This document shows, piece after piece, positions 34,451 to 42,046 of a DNA stretch of 42,046 bases (the first letter of the stretch is position 1; each line of letters opens with the position of its first letter). The DNA is taken from positions 1-42,046 of the forward strand of contig JAAZNS010000037.1 in NCBI GenBank assembly GCA_012798185.1. Reading direction: 5' to 3'. A program made the position numbers and the translations under genes. Origin of the DNA: Chloroflexota bacterium. GTDB taxonomy: Bacteria > Chloroflexota > Anaerolineae > Anaerolineales > UBA4823. The notes below the pieces were generated by a model that did no database searches, was not told the origin of the DNA, and saw only the letters and a list, made by a program, of their open reading frames with translations.

Positions 34451-35551
34451 TCAATACCTCAATACTCCCCCAATATGCTCATAATCAGCCAAGTTGAGGT
34501 CATCATGCAATACTTCGACCTCTCCGCCAGACTGTAACACATGCTTAACTGCCATTTCCACCACATCAGCTACTTTCTCAACAGTGCCACTGCATAGTGA
34601 ACAGGTTTGCGATAACCGGGAAGCAACATAACCACATTGCGTGCAGCGCTGACCGGCAACACGCAATCCTTCACGGATCAACAGCGTATGCACTCTGCCA
34701 TCGTGGACAGCTTTTAGAGTCTCTTCCATTCCTACCACACCCCCGCGTTTTTTAGCAGCATTGGTGATCACCGCATCGATTAATTTGGCTTCCCTGCGAT
34801 GCTCCGCCTCTAAACCGATTTCCATGGCTCTTTCTAAAATATCATCATGGCTGGCGGTCATGCTCATTGGGAAAGTTCCTATCACCAGACTTTGCCAGGT
34901 TTTAGGCAATTGAGAGCGAAACGCAGCAATATTATCATCGGTACCGCCGATTACAATACGGCGGACATTCTTCTCGGAGAAAAATTTCGCTGCATAATCT
35001 GCCGCTTCACGAATATTCCTGCCTGTTACTTCATCGACATAATTGGTCAACCCGGCTGTACCGCCGCGTCTGCCTTGGGCTTGAGAACCGCCGCCGCGTT
35101 TGGTACGCCGCACGCTTTCTCCCAAGACACCTTCCTGTTCGATCAATTCTCCAAGGTGGAAATAAAAAAATCGAGCGCCTTGTTTATCTACCAAAGCGAC
35201 GCCATATCCACCATAAGCATCCAGTATATCTACCAGCGGTTTTACATGCGGACGATCCCCAACCCGCACCCGACTGCGTAATGGAATTGCCAGTGAATAT
35301 ACCCGGAACCACGATGCCGGCGCACATGAAAACAAAGCCACACTGCGCCCGTTCCAGTCAAATTCATGATCGAAAAACCGTTCGACCATCTCACCATCCT
35401 CAGGCAGATTGGCTTCTTTTAGCATACTGCGCAGGCGCAACTTATGGGCATCAGCGCTCCCTTCAGATGGCTCGATATTCAAATACATACTGAGGACAGG
35501 TCCTTTCCCCTTAAATGCAAGCAATTCACGCAGATCGTTTTCAGTTAGCAT
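34451..35551 (-). CDS. archaeo-eukaryotic release factor 1 (aeRF1/Pelota/VLRF1)-like protein with Zn-ribbon insert
   Basis: 366 aa with a central loop KRGGGSQAQGRRGG (GGSQ at nt 35081-35092) and the eRF1-like domain-3 pattern AVHDGRVHTLLI. A CxxC...CxxC motif is present (C303, C306, C317, C320). The C-terminal IGGVLRY matches the eRF1/Pelota C-terminal signature. Confidence 0.75.
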   Translation of the reverse strand: MLTENDLRELLAFKGKGPVLSMYLNIEPSEGSADAHKLRLRSMLKEANLPEDGEMVERFFDHEFDWNGRSVALFSCAPASWFRVYSLAIPLRSRVRVGDRPHVKPLVDILDAYGGYGVALVDKQGARFFYFHLGELIEQEGVLGESVRRTKRGGGSQAQGRRGGTAGLTNYVDEVTGRNIREAADYAAKFFSEKNVRRIVIGGTDDNIAAFRSQLPKTWQSLVIGTFPMSMTASHDDILERAMEIGLEAEHRREAKLIDAVITNAAKKRGGVVGMEETLKAVHDGRVHTLLIREGLRVAGQRCTQCGYVASRLSQTCSLCSGTVEKVADVVEMAVKHVLQSGGEVEVLHDDLNLADYEHIGGVLRY

Positions 35552-35631
35552 CCAATTATCCTCCGTTTCATACTAAATAATAATATTTTTGGGTAAACCT
35601 TATACAAATAAATAAGCGAGTATGAACAGAT

Positions 35632-36564
35632 CTATTTCTTGCCAGCCAATTTCATGAACAATGCTTTTTGTTCCTGAGTTAATTCACGCGGAATGCGGAC
35701 ATTAACCCGTACGAATTGATCGCCGCGCTTGGAAGGGTTTTTTATCTGCGGCATTCCTTTTCCCGCCAGGCGGAAGGTTTGCCCGGGTTGAGTTCCCGGG
35801 GGAATTTTAAGCACGACCTCACCGCTCAAGGTGGGTACTTTCACTTCGCCACCCAAGACTGCTGTATATAAATCCACTTTAACTTCATTAAAAAGGTCGT
35901 CATTCTTACGCTCAATACCCGGAGAATCCTGAACATCGACGAGAATGATCAAATCACCTTTATGTCCATCCGGTGTTGAAACAGCATCTGTCATGCGGAC
36001 TTTCGTGCCAGAACGTGCCCCGGCTGGAATCTTCACTTCAAACCGTCTGCCATCCACTTCGATACGGCGCGTCGTTCCCTCGTAAGCTTCTTTCAGAGAA
36101 ATGCTGGTTCGATACTCGTAAGCAGGCTTTGGGGTTCGTGTGGTTGTCCTCGAACGAGGTATCGAGGTGCCCATATTTGGCATACCTCCGAAAATTCGGC
36201 GGAAAAATTCCGAAAAATCTCCCAAACCGCCGCCAAACAAATCGCCGATATCCCCTACTTCTACACGCACATTACCGCCGCCCGGATAGGTTGCCCATTC
36301 ATCCCAATTAAATCCACCTGGAGCACCGCGCTGCTGCCATTGGGTATACGAATCGCCCAATTGATCGTATCGAGCGCGTTTTTGCGGATCACTCAAAACC
36401 TGATAAGCTTCGTTTATCTCTTTAAACTTTTCTTCAGCCGGTTTATTATTCGGGTTACGATCCGGATGGTACTTTAAAGCCAATTTTCGGTATGCACGTT
36501 TGATTTCATCTTCACTTGCTTTTCTGTCTACACCTAATATTTTATAATAGTCTTTATAATCCAT
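35632..36564 (-). CDS. DnaJ-class J-domain co-chaperone without zinc-finger domain (CbpA-like, class II)
   Basis: J-domain DYYKILGV...YHPDRNP and a G/F-rich linker, then C-terminal substrate-binding domains. No CxxCxGxG repeats. 310 aa. Confidence 0.9.
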   Translation of the reverse strand: MDYKDYYKILGVDRKASEDEIKRAYRKLALKYHPDRNPNNKPAEEKFKEINEAYQVLSDPQKRARYDQLGDSYTQWQQRGAPGGFNWDEWATYPGGGNVRVEVGDIGDLFGGGLGDFSEFFRRIFGGMPNMGTSIPRSRTTTRTPKPAYEYRTSISLKEAYEGTTRRIEVDGRRFEVKIPAGARSGTKVRMTDAVSTPDGHKGDLIILVDVQDSPGIERKNDDLFNEVKVDLYTAVLGGEVKVPTLSGEVVLKIPPGTQPGQTFRLAGKGMPQIKNPSKRGDQFVRVNVRIPRELTQEQKALFMKLAGKK

Positions 36565-36628
36565 AAATGAATCTCGAATCTTATTGAAATTAAACCATCC
36601 AATTTCTAGGATAGTACAAATTAATGAC

Positions 36629-36658
36629 TTGTATAGTAATTGATTTTATGCATATAAT
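36629..36658 (+). promoter_or_regulatory. candidate promoter TTGTAT-18 nt-TATAAT for the REC-GAF/kinase operon
   Basis: Hexamers read in the AT-rich 181-bp divergent gap. The -10 is consensus and the 18-nt spacer is slightly long. Confidence 0.35.
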
Positions 36659-36745
36659 TACACCAAAGTCAAGCGAATTGGGTAACCTCTTATGGAATTC
36701 TAATTCTATCTCCCGTTTTTCACATAACCATGCTATGATTATCCT

Positions 36746-37903
36746 ATGAATTACACAGCTGAGCGAATCCTGGTCGTTGAAAATAACCCGGAAATTGTCG
36801 ATGTCATTGCCAGACAGGCTTTACAGCCGTTAGGGTATCATGTAGAAATCGTTCATTCCGCGGCAACCGCAATTCAACAAGTTGCTCATTTTTTCCCCGA
36901 TGTGATCATCACCAATCTCGTTTTACCTGGGTTAAGCGGTAAAGATCTTCTGGTTGCTCTTTCATCTCAGGGATTGGAAACACCCGTCATTGTAATCTCT
37001 GAAAAAGGAAGAGAAGGGGAGGTCATTCAGGCTTTCCGCCTGGGCGCAACCGATTACCTCTATTGGCCGACGCGCGAAACCGAAATCGTTTCGGCGGTTG
37101 AAAGGGTGCTCAAGCAGGTGCGCACACGGCGGGATCGGGAAGATTTAGCTCAAACCTTGTATCAGACTAATCAGGAACTGCAAAAAAGGGTGAGGGAACT
37201 GACCACTATTTTTGCGATAGGCAAAGCGATCACCTCGATAACCGACCAATCCAGTTTGTACGAAAAAATTGTCGAAGGTGCCATCTATGTTGCCGAAGCA
37301 GATTGTGGATGGCTGTTATTGAAAAGCGACCAGGGCAAAGATTTTATCTTAACCGCCTCACGGAATATGCCGAAATCGATCACCGAAAAAACAAATCACC
37401 CCTGGGATGATGGGATCAGTGCGCTGGTGAGTATATCTGGCGAAATGCTCACCATCCACGGCGATCCATTGAAGCGGTTTAAAATTTCGCAGTTTGGCAA
37501 GTCTGCTTTGGTTGCTCCTCTCAAGGCTAATAAAACTGTAATTGGTTTATTGGTCATGGTGAGAAAAACAGCAAAACCATTCAGCCAGAGTACTCAAGAA
37601 TTAATCGAGGCTGTAGCGGATTATGCCTCAATCTCACTGATTAATTCACGATATTTTCGAGTGCTGGAAGAGCGGGTGCGAAATTCTCAATTAGCAGTCG
37701 AAGCCGCCCAAGCTAATGAGCATAAGAAAGATGAAAAGTTAGCGAATTTAAACTACCTGATCCTTCCCCAATTGAATGAATCTATGGAAATGGCTGCCTC
37801 ATTATTGATCGAAGGCGAAAACTTAGACGATAATCAGCGTGAAAAATTACACACACTGCAGGATAAACTTCAAAAAATTTCCGGTATATTACTGAATGAC
37901 TAA
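36746..37903 (+). CDS. receiver-like (pseudo-receiver) + GAF domain protein with C-terminal coiled coil
   Basis: REC fold pattern but EN for the acidic pair, Asn57 at the phospho-acceptor position (PDVIITN, nt 36914-36916) and Trp107 in place of the conserved Lys (DYLYWPT). It is followed by a GAF-like region. Confidence 0.85.
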   Translation: MNYTAERILVVENNPEIVDVIARQALQPLGYHVEIVHSAATAIQQVAHFFPDVIITNLVLPGLSGKDLLVALSSQGLETPVIVISEKGREGEVIQAFRLGATDYLYWPTRETEIVSAVERVLKQVRTRRDREDLAQTLYQTNQELQKRVRELTTIFAIGKAITSITDQSSLYEKIVEGAIYVAEADCGWLLLKSDQGKDFILTASRNMPKSITEKTNHPWDDGISALVSISGEMLTIHGDPLKRFKISQFGKSALVAPLKANKTVIGLLVMVRKTAKPFSQSTQELIEAVADYASISLINSRYFRVLEERVRNSQLAVEAAQANEHKKDEKLANLNYLILPQLNESMEMAASLLIEGENLDDNQREKLHTLQDKLQKISGILLND

Positions 37904-39272
37904 ATCTCAGATATTAATACTCACATCGAATGATGAAATTGGGGAAAAACTCACGAACATATTACATCAAAATGAAGATTTTCACATCTCGCGGGTAAAT
38001 GATGTAATCAATCTCGAATCGGCAATAGCCAGCACTTCGCCGGATTTAATTATTTGGGATGGGCAGGATAATCTCACTGATCTCCCCCAGCTTTTGACGA
38101 ATTTCAACGACCACCACGCCGAAATCTCTGTCATCCTGCTGGGAAACGAACCGACTTATGCAATGGTTCTCAATGCACTACGCGGGGGGTGTGTGGATTA
38201 TCTTTGCCCGCCATTTATTGAAGAAGATGTTCTGAGCATCGTCAATAACAGTTTAAAGCGCAGCAGAAAATCGGAACAAAGTCAAATTATTCTCTCCCGG
38301 ATGACTGAAGGGATTATGGTTATTAATCCCGAAGGCAGGATGATCTTTATTAATCACGCAGCAAAACAGACCTTCGAGCTGGAAACAGGGAATTTAATTG
38401 GCAAACATTATAAAGAGATTCTCCACAACACCGATTTAATAGCGCTGCTCGAACCTTACCACACTGCCGAAAATTTACATGGGGAAATTTCGTTGTCAGA
38501 CGGCAGGGTTCTCAATTGCCAGGTAACAACGATTCCCGAAATTGGGTATTTAATTTCTTTACAAGAAATCACCCACCTCAAGGAATTGGACCGCATCAAG
38601 ACCGATTTTGTAAATGCTGTATCGCACGATCTGCGGTCTCCCTTGACCGCAATTTTAGGATATGTTGAATTGCTGGAACGGGTTGGAGAAGTCAATCCCC
38701 AGCAAAAAGAATTCATTCAACGCGTTCGTCTTAGTGTTCAATCGATCACTGCTCTGATCAACGATTTGCTTGATCTGGGCCGTATCGAAGCCGGCTTCGA
38801 TAGTCAAAAGGAAATTACACCTTTAGGCGCTATTGTGCGTTATTCACTAGAAGGATTATCCAACACTATTACCTCCCGGTCACAAGTTTTAGAGCTGGAT
38901 ATTCCTGCTGAAACACCATTTGTATTAGGCAATCCTGTTCGGCTAAGGCAAATGTGTTTTAATCTAATCAGTAACGCCATCAAATATGCCCCAATTGGCG
39001 GAAAAATACGCATTCAAATAAGTGCCACCGATGAACATGTCATCATGCAGGTTTCAGATAATGGACCGGGGATCGCACCTCAAGATCAACCCCATATTTT
39101 CGACCGATTCTATCGGGCAAGCAACCAGCCTGCCGACGCCTCGGGCACAGGGTTGGGTCTGGCAATCGTAAAATCGATTGTCGAAGATCATCAGGGGCGG
39201 GTATGGGTAGATTCTTTACTTGGGCATGGTTCTACATTTACCGTCGTTTTACCGATTGTTGAAAAGCCATAA
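37896..39272 (+). CDS. cytoplasmic sensor histidine kinase (degenerate N-terminal REC, PAS, HisKA, HATPase_c)
   Basis: H-box FVNAVSHDLRSPL, N-box NLISNAIKY, G1 DNGPGI, F-box FDRFYR and G2 GTGLGLAIV. No TM segments. 8-nt overlap with the upstream gene. Confidence 0.9.
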   Translation: MTKSQILILTSNDEIGEKLTNILHQNEDFHISRVNDVINLESAIASTSPDLIIWDGQDNLTDLPQLLTNFNDHHAEISVILLGNEPTYAMVLNALRGGCVDYLCPPFIEEDVLSIVNNSLKRSRKSEQSQIILSRMTEGIMVINPEGRMIFINHAAKQTFELETGNLIGKHYKEILHNTDLIALLEPYHTAENLHGEISLSDGRVLNCQVTTIPEIGYLISLQEITHLKELDRIKTDFVNAVSHDLRSPLTAILGYVELLERVGEVNPQQKEFIQRVRLSVQSITALINDLLDLGRIEAGFDSQKEITPLGAIVRYSLEGLSNTITSRSQVLELDIPAETPFVLGNPVRLRQMCFNLISNAIKYAPIGGKIRIQISATDEHVIMQVSDNGPGIAPQDQPHIFDRFYRASNQPADASGTGLGLAIVKSIVEDHQGRVWVDSLLGHGSTFTVVLPIVEKP

Positions 39273-39345
39273 TAACCCCCCAGATGGCAATTCTTAATAA
39301 TCCAAACAAGATAAATCGATTTAGCTGAATCGGCGTTTAAAAGTC

Positions 39346-39383
39346 GCCTCCGCCGGGGCGGTGAGGGAGAACCCGGCGGAGGC
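39346..39383. other. perfect 12-bp GC-rich hairpin (GCCTCCGCCGGG-N14-CCCGGCGGAGGC)
   Basis: Read directly from the sequence, 74 nt after the kinase stop. No U-run follows on the plus strand, though TTTT follows on the minus strand. It may be a terminator or a stabiliser. Confidence 0.35.
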
Positions 39384-39835
39384 ATTCGCCAAAGGAGGAA
39401 ACAGCGATGAGCATCAGGAGAGTATCCTGAATCCCGTTTTCTGCCCTATATCATACAATAGATTGTCATAACACGTCATTGTCAACCATCCTAGATGCTA
39501 TGTGATAATTCTCACAATGTCATTATGACATTTTGGTATTAATTCGAGACAAGGATGCTCTCACTACCCCAATTAATTCTGTAACAGCTTGGTATGAATG
39601 CACTATAATATTGTGGTCAAAAAGAACCAGCAATATTCTCAAAAAACACTACCTTTGGCTAGGCTATGATAGTTATATATACAATGCACCAGCAGGCAGA
39701 CTTGTTACCCCGCCTGCTGATGACCAGGAATGGATTTTATTTTAAATTTCATCCCTACAGCAACAACCGCGATCATTCGTGATATGAATATGACGACAAA
39801 AGATGCACCTTCAATTACTTCAAATAAACATGAAT

Positions 39836-39872
39836 AATGAAAACAGGAAGCATCATTACATACTGCTCCCTG
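39836..39872 (-). terminator. intrinsic terminator of the P-type ATPase gene
   Basis: On the minus strand the 9-position stem CAGGGAGCA/TGCTTCCTG (8 paired, 1 mismatch) has an 11-nt loop. It is followed immediately by UUUUCAUUAUU, about 35 nt after the stop at 39905. Confidence 0.55.
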
Positions 39873-39904
39873 CTCTCCAATCTATAGTCCTGAAAAATCT
39901 CTCT

Positions 39905-42046
39905 TTAGAAGCGCGATTTCTTTTGCCTCCGGCTGGCGATCATTTTTACCAATTCTGCTGCTAATGAAGGGATAATCAACAATGGCAACACCAATTCCCA
40001 CTGCGTCCAACCAAGAGGAGTGGTATTGAAAATCGGGTTCAAGAAAGGTACATATATAACTAGCAGAAGCAACACAAGAGAAGAGAATACCCCGAGATTC
40101 ATATTTCGATTACTAAATAAACCGATCTTCAAAACAGGATAGCGCTCCGACCGTGCAGTATACGCCCGCAGCAGCTCCGAAAATGACAAGGTTACAAATG
40201 CCATCGTTTCCCCAAATTCGGGCATTTCGGGGTGCATCCGTAACCCAACCAAATAAGCTGTTAACGTTACAGCAGTGATGGCAACAGTTTGCACAGCAAT
40301 ACCGGCTTGCATAAAACGATTAATGATTGGCTCGGATGGTGGGCGTGGCGGCTGGTCCATAATATCCGGGTCTCCTTTTTCGGTACCCAGTGCCAAGGCA
40401 GGAGCGCCATCGGTAATCAGGTTCAGCCACAATAATTGAATCGCTGTAAGTGGCGAGGTTTTTGATAACAATGTGCCCAGGAAGATAATCGCAATTTCAG
40501 CTAGGTTACAGGAGATCAAATAATAGACAAATTTGCGGATATTACTATAAATTATTCTCCCCTGTTCAACTGCAGAAACAATACTGGCATAATTATCGTC
40601 GGTCAGTACCATATCTGCACTCTCTTTAGCCACGTCGGTGCCGGTGATGCCCATTGCTATGCCGATATCAGCCCGCTTAATCGAGGGGGCATCATTGACT
40701 CCATCGCCGGTCATTGCAACCACCTCACCGCTTTCACGCAAAGCCTCAACAATACGCAGTTTGTGCTCCGGTGAGACTCGGGCAAATACATCGGTAAAGG
40801 CAACTTGTTTGATCAGCTCTGCGTCATCCATGTTATCCACATCAGCGCCAGTAAGGACCTGGTGACCGGGATTCAATAAACCAATCGATTCAGCAATCGC
40901 TCTGGCGGTATTGGGGTAATCACCAGTGATCATGATCGTGCGGATACCAGCGGCGGCAGCTTTTGCAAGGGCTGGGGTAGCCTCTAGACGCGGGGGATCG
41001 ATCATCCCAATCAAACCGACAAAAACCAGCTCTCTCTCTATGGTCTCTGCATTTGAATCACTGGGTAATTCAGGAATAATGCGGTATGCCAAACCCAACA
41101 CGCGCAAAGCATCTTGAGTCATCAAATCATTGGCAGATAAGATTTGCATTCGCCGGTTTTCATCTAATGGGCGGGGAATATCATCCATTCCCTGATAATA
41201 ACTGCACAATTCAAGCACCATATCCGGCGCCCCTTTTTCTAAAACCACATATCCCTGAGGCAGGGCTCTATTATCATCAAATGGCGAAATATCTTCCGCC
41301 TGCGGATTATGTAAACCATGAATTGTTACCATCCGTTTACGTACGGCATCGAAGGGAATTTCCTGCAGGCGAGGGTAAGCCCGATTCAATTCAGCCATAT
41401 TAGCGCCTGCTTTAATGGCAGCTACGATCATCGCTCCTTCGGTTGGATCACCTACCATACGATAAGAAGATTTTCCGTTCTCGCCTTGGATGATTTCGAG
41501 ATCAGCGTCATTATTGAGTGCTGCAACCCATAATGCAGTTTGGGCAGCCTGGAAATCTGTCAGTTTAACCGATTTCTTATCGACCAGAAATTCACCTTGG
41601 GGTAAATAACCGCTGCCGGTAACATCAATAAATTGGCCATCCACCCACAATCGGGTAACGGTCATTTCATTTTGAGTCAAGGTGCCTGTTTTATCTGAGC
41701 AGATCACCGTGGCAGAACCCAACGTTTCCACCGAAGATAACCGGCGGATGAGCGCATGACGCTTGATCATTTCGCGCATGCCTAATGCCAGGCTAATCGT
41801 AACGACTGCCGGCAACCCTTCAGGGACAGCGGCGATCGCCAGACTAACGGCAACCATGAACATTTCCAAGGGATTATTCCCGCTTATCAGCCCTTCCACG
41901 AACACTAAAGCGCATACTGCCAAAGCCGCCCAACCCAAAGTTTTCCCAAGCTGATCGAGCCGTTTCTGTAATGGCGTAGGTTCGTTTTCCACCGATTGAA
42001 GCATCTCTGCAATGAGACCGATTTGGGTGTACATACCTGTAGCGAC
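39905..42046 (-). CDS. P-type cation-transporting ATPase (type IIA, Ca2+/SERCA-like); N-terminal part beyond window edge
   Basis: DKTGTLT phosphorylation motif, MITGD, TGDGVNDAPSIK and C-terminal TM bundle. The frame remains open upstream of the track Met at 42034 to the window end. Confidence 0.9.
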   Translation of the reverse strand, partial: VATGMYTQIGLIAEMLQSVENEPTPLQKRLDQLGKTLGWAALAVCALVFVEGLISGNNPLEMFMVAVSLAIAAVPEGLPAVVTISLALGMREMIKRHALIRRLSSVETLGSATVICSDKTGTLTQNEMTVTRLWVDGQFIDVTGSGYLPQGEFLVDKKSVKLTDFQAAQTALWVAALNNDADLEIIQGENGKSSYRMVGDPTEGAMIVAAIKAGANMAELNRAYPRLQEIPFDAVRKRMVTIHGLHNPQAEDISPFDDNRALPQGYVVLEKGAPDMVLELCSYYQGMDDIPRPLDENRRMQILSANDLMTQDALRVLGLAYRIIPELPSDSNAETIERELVFVGLIGMIDPPRLEATPALAKAAAAGIRTIMITGDYPNTARAIAESIGLLNPGHQVLTGADVDNMDDAELIKQVAFTDVFARVSPEHKLRIVEALRESGEVVAMTGDGVNDAPSIKRADIGIAMGITGTDVAKESADMVLTDDNYASIVSAVEQGRIIYSNIRKFVYYLISCNLAEIAIIFLGTLLSKTSPLTAIQLLWLNLITDGAPALALGTEKGDPDIMDQPPRPPSEPIINRFMQAGIAVQTVAITAVTLTAYLVGLRMHPEMPEFGETMAFVTLSFSELLRAYTARSERYPVLKIGLFSNRNMNLGVFSSLVLLLLVIYVPFLNPIFNTTPLGWTQWELVLPLLIIPSLAAELVKMIASRRQKKSRF

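Noticed and set aside
39191-39385. 64-aa minus-strand ORF spanning the kinase 3' end and the GC hairpin
   Set aside because: It is antisense to the kinase C-terminus. Its Pro/Arg-rich translation is produced by the GC hairpin, and it has no RBS.
39533-39745. 70-aa plus-strand ORF in the orphan spacer
   Set aside because: It has a TTG start, no Shine-Dalgarno and no recognisable domain. I kept it only as context for the spacer finding.
1-42046. Search for CRISPR arrays, transposase/integrase genes, terminal inverted repeats, tRNA/rRNA genes, toxin-antitoxin pairs and in-frame TGA (selenocysteine) interruptions
   Set aside because: I saw no regularly spaced repeats, recombinase-like ORFs or cloverleaf-like or rRNA-like segments by eye. 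All redox enzyme genes read through without internal stops. Absence cannot be proven without tRNAscan, Infernal or repeat-finder runs.

Overview
This is a 42-kb bacterial chromosomal segment with very high coding density. I saw no rRNA, tRNA, CRISPR array, transposase or integrase. All functional calls are by-eye motif and architecture recognition; no searches were run. Block A (1-22169, minus strand) is an uninterrupted co-directional array of 21 genes, many with 4- or 8-nt stop/start overlaps. In transcription order it holds a COG0402 deaminase-type amidohydrolase and ECF transporter module 2 (T, fused double ATPase, S-like protein). Next comes a GlcD-GlcF fusion FAD/FeS oxidoreductase flanked by two paralogous S-like membrane proteins, then a PfkB kinase, Zn-ADH, DhnA/LsrF-type class I aldolase, FGGY kinase and SorC regulator. 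It ends with a small lipoprotein, ECF module 1 (A, A', T, third S-like paralog), an ADP-ribosylglycohydrolase, a xylose-isomerase-like TIM barrel and a sugar ABC importer whose lipoprotein SBP runs off the window edge (missed by the ORF track). Block B (22170-31170) is an AT-rich divergent control region followed by a translationally coupled plus-strand operon. That operon encodes an XRE-cupin regulator, AOR-family tungsto/molybdopterin enzyme 1, a dihydropyrimidinase/hydantoinase, a four-cluster ferredoxin, AOR-family enzyme 2, a MoaD/ThiS-like GG protein, a second COG0402 amidohydrolase and a SAM methyltransferase. Block C (31171-42046) carries Hsp20, a rhomboid, an SDH/ClpP-fold protease and a coiled-coil membrane protein. 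These converge on a DnaJ/CbpA-like J-protein plus an archaeo-eukaryotic-release-factor-like protein with a GGSQ loop. Block C also holds a REC-GAF / histidine kinase pair whose receivers lack canonical phospho-acceptor residues, and an N-terminally truncated P-type ATPase. The best candidate for an undescribed system is the AOR/hydantoinase/amidohydrolase operon, possibly a W-pterin-dependent N-heterocycle catabolic route. Next are the three-member S-component-like family with two ECF energising modules wrapped around a sugar/nucleoside-like catabolic array, and the J-protein + aeRF1-like pair.
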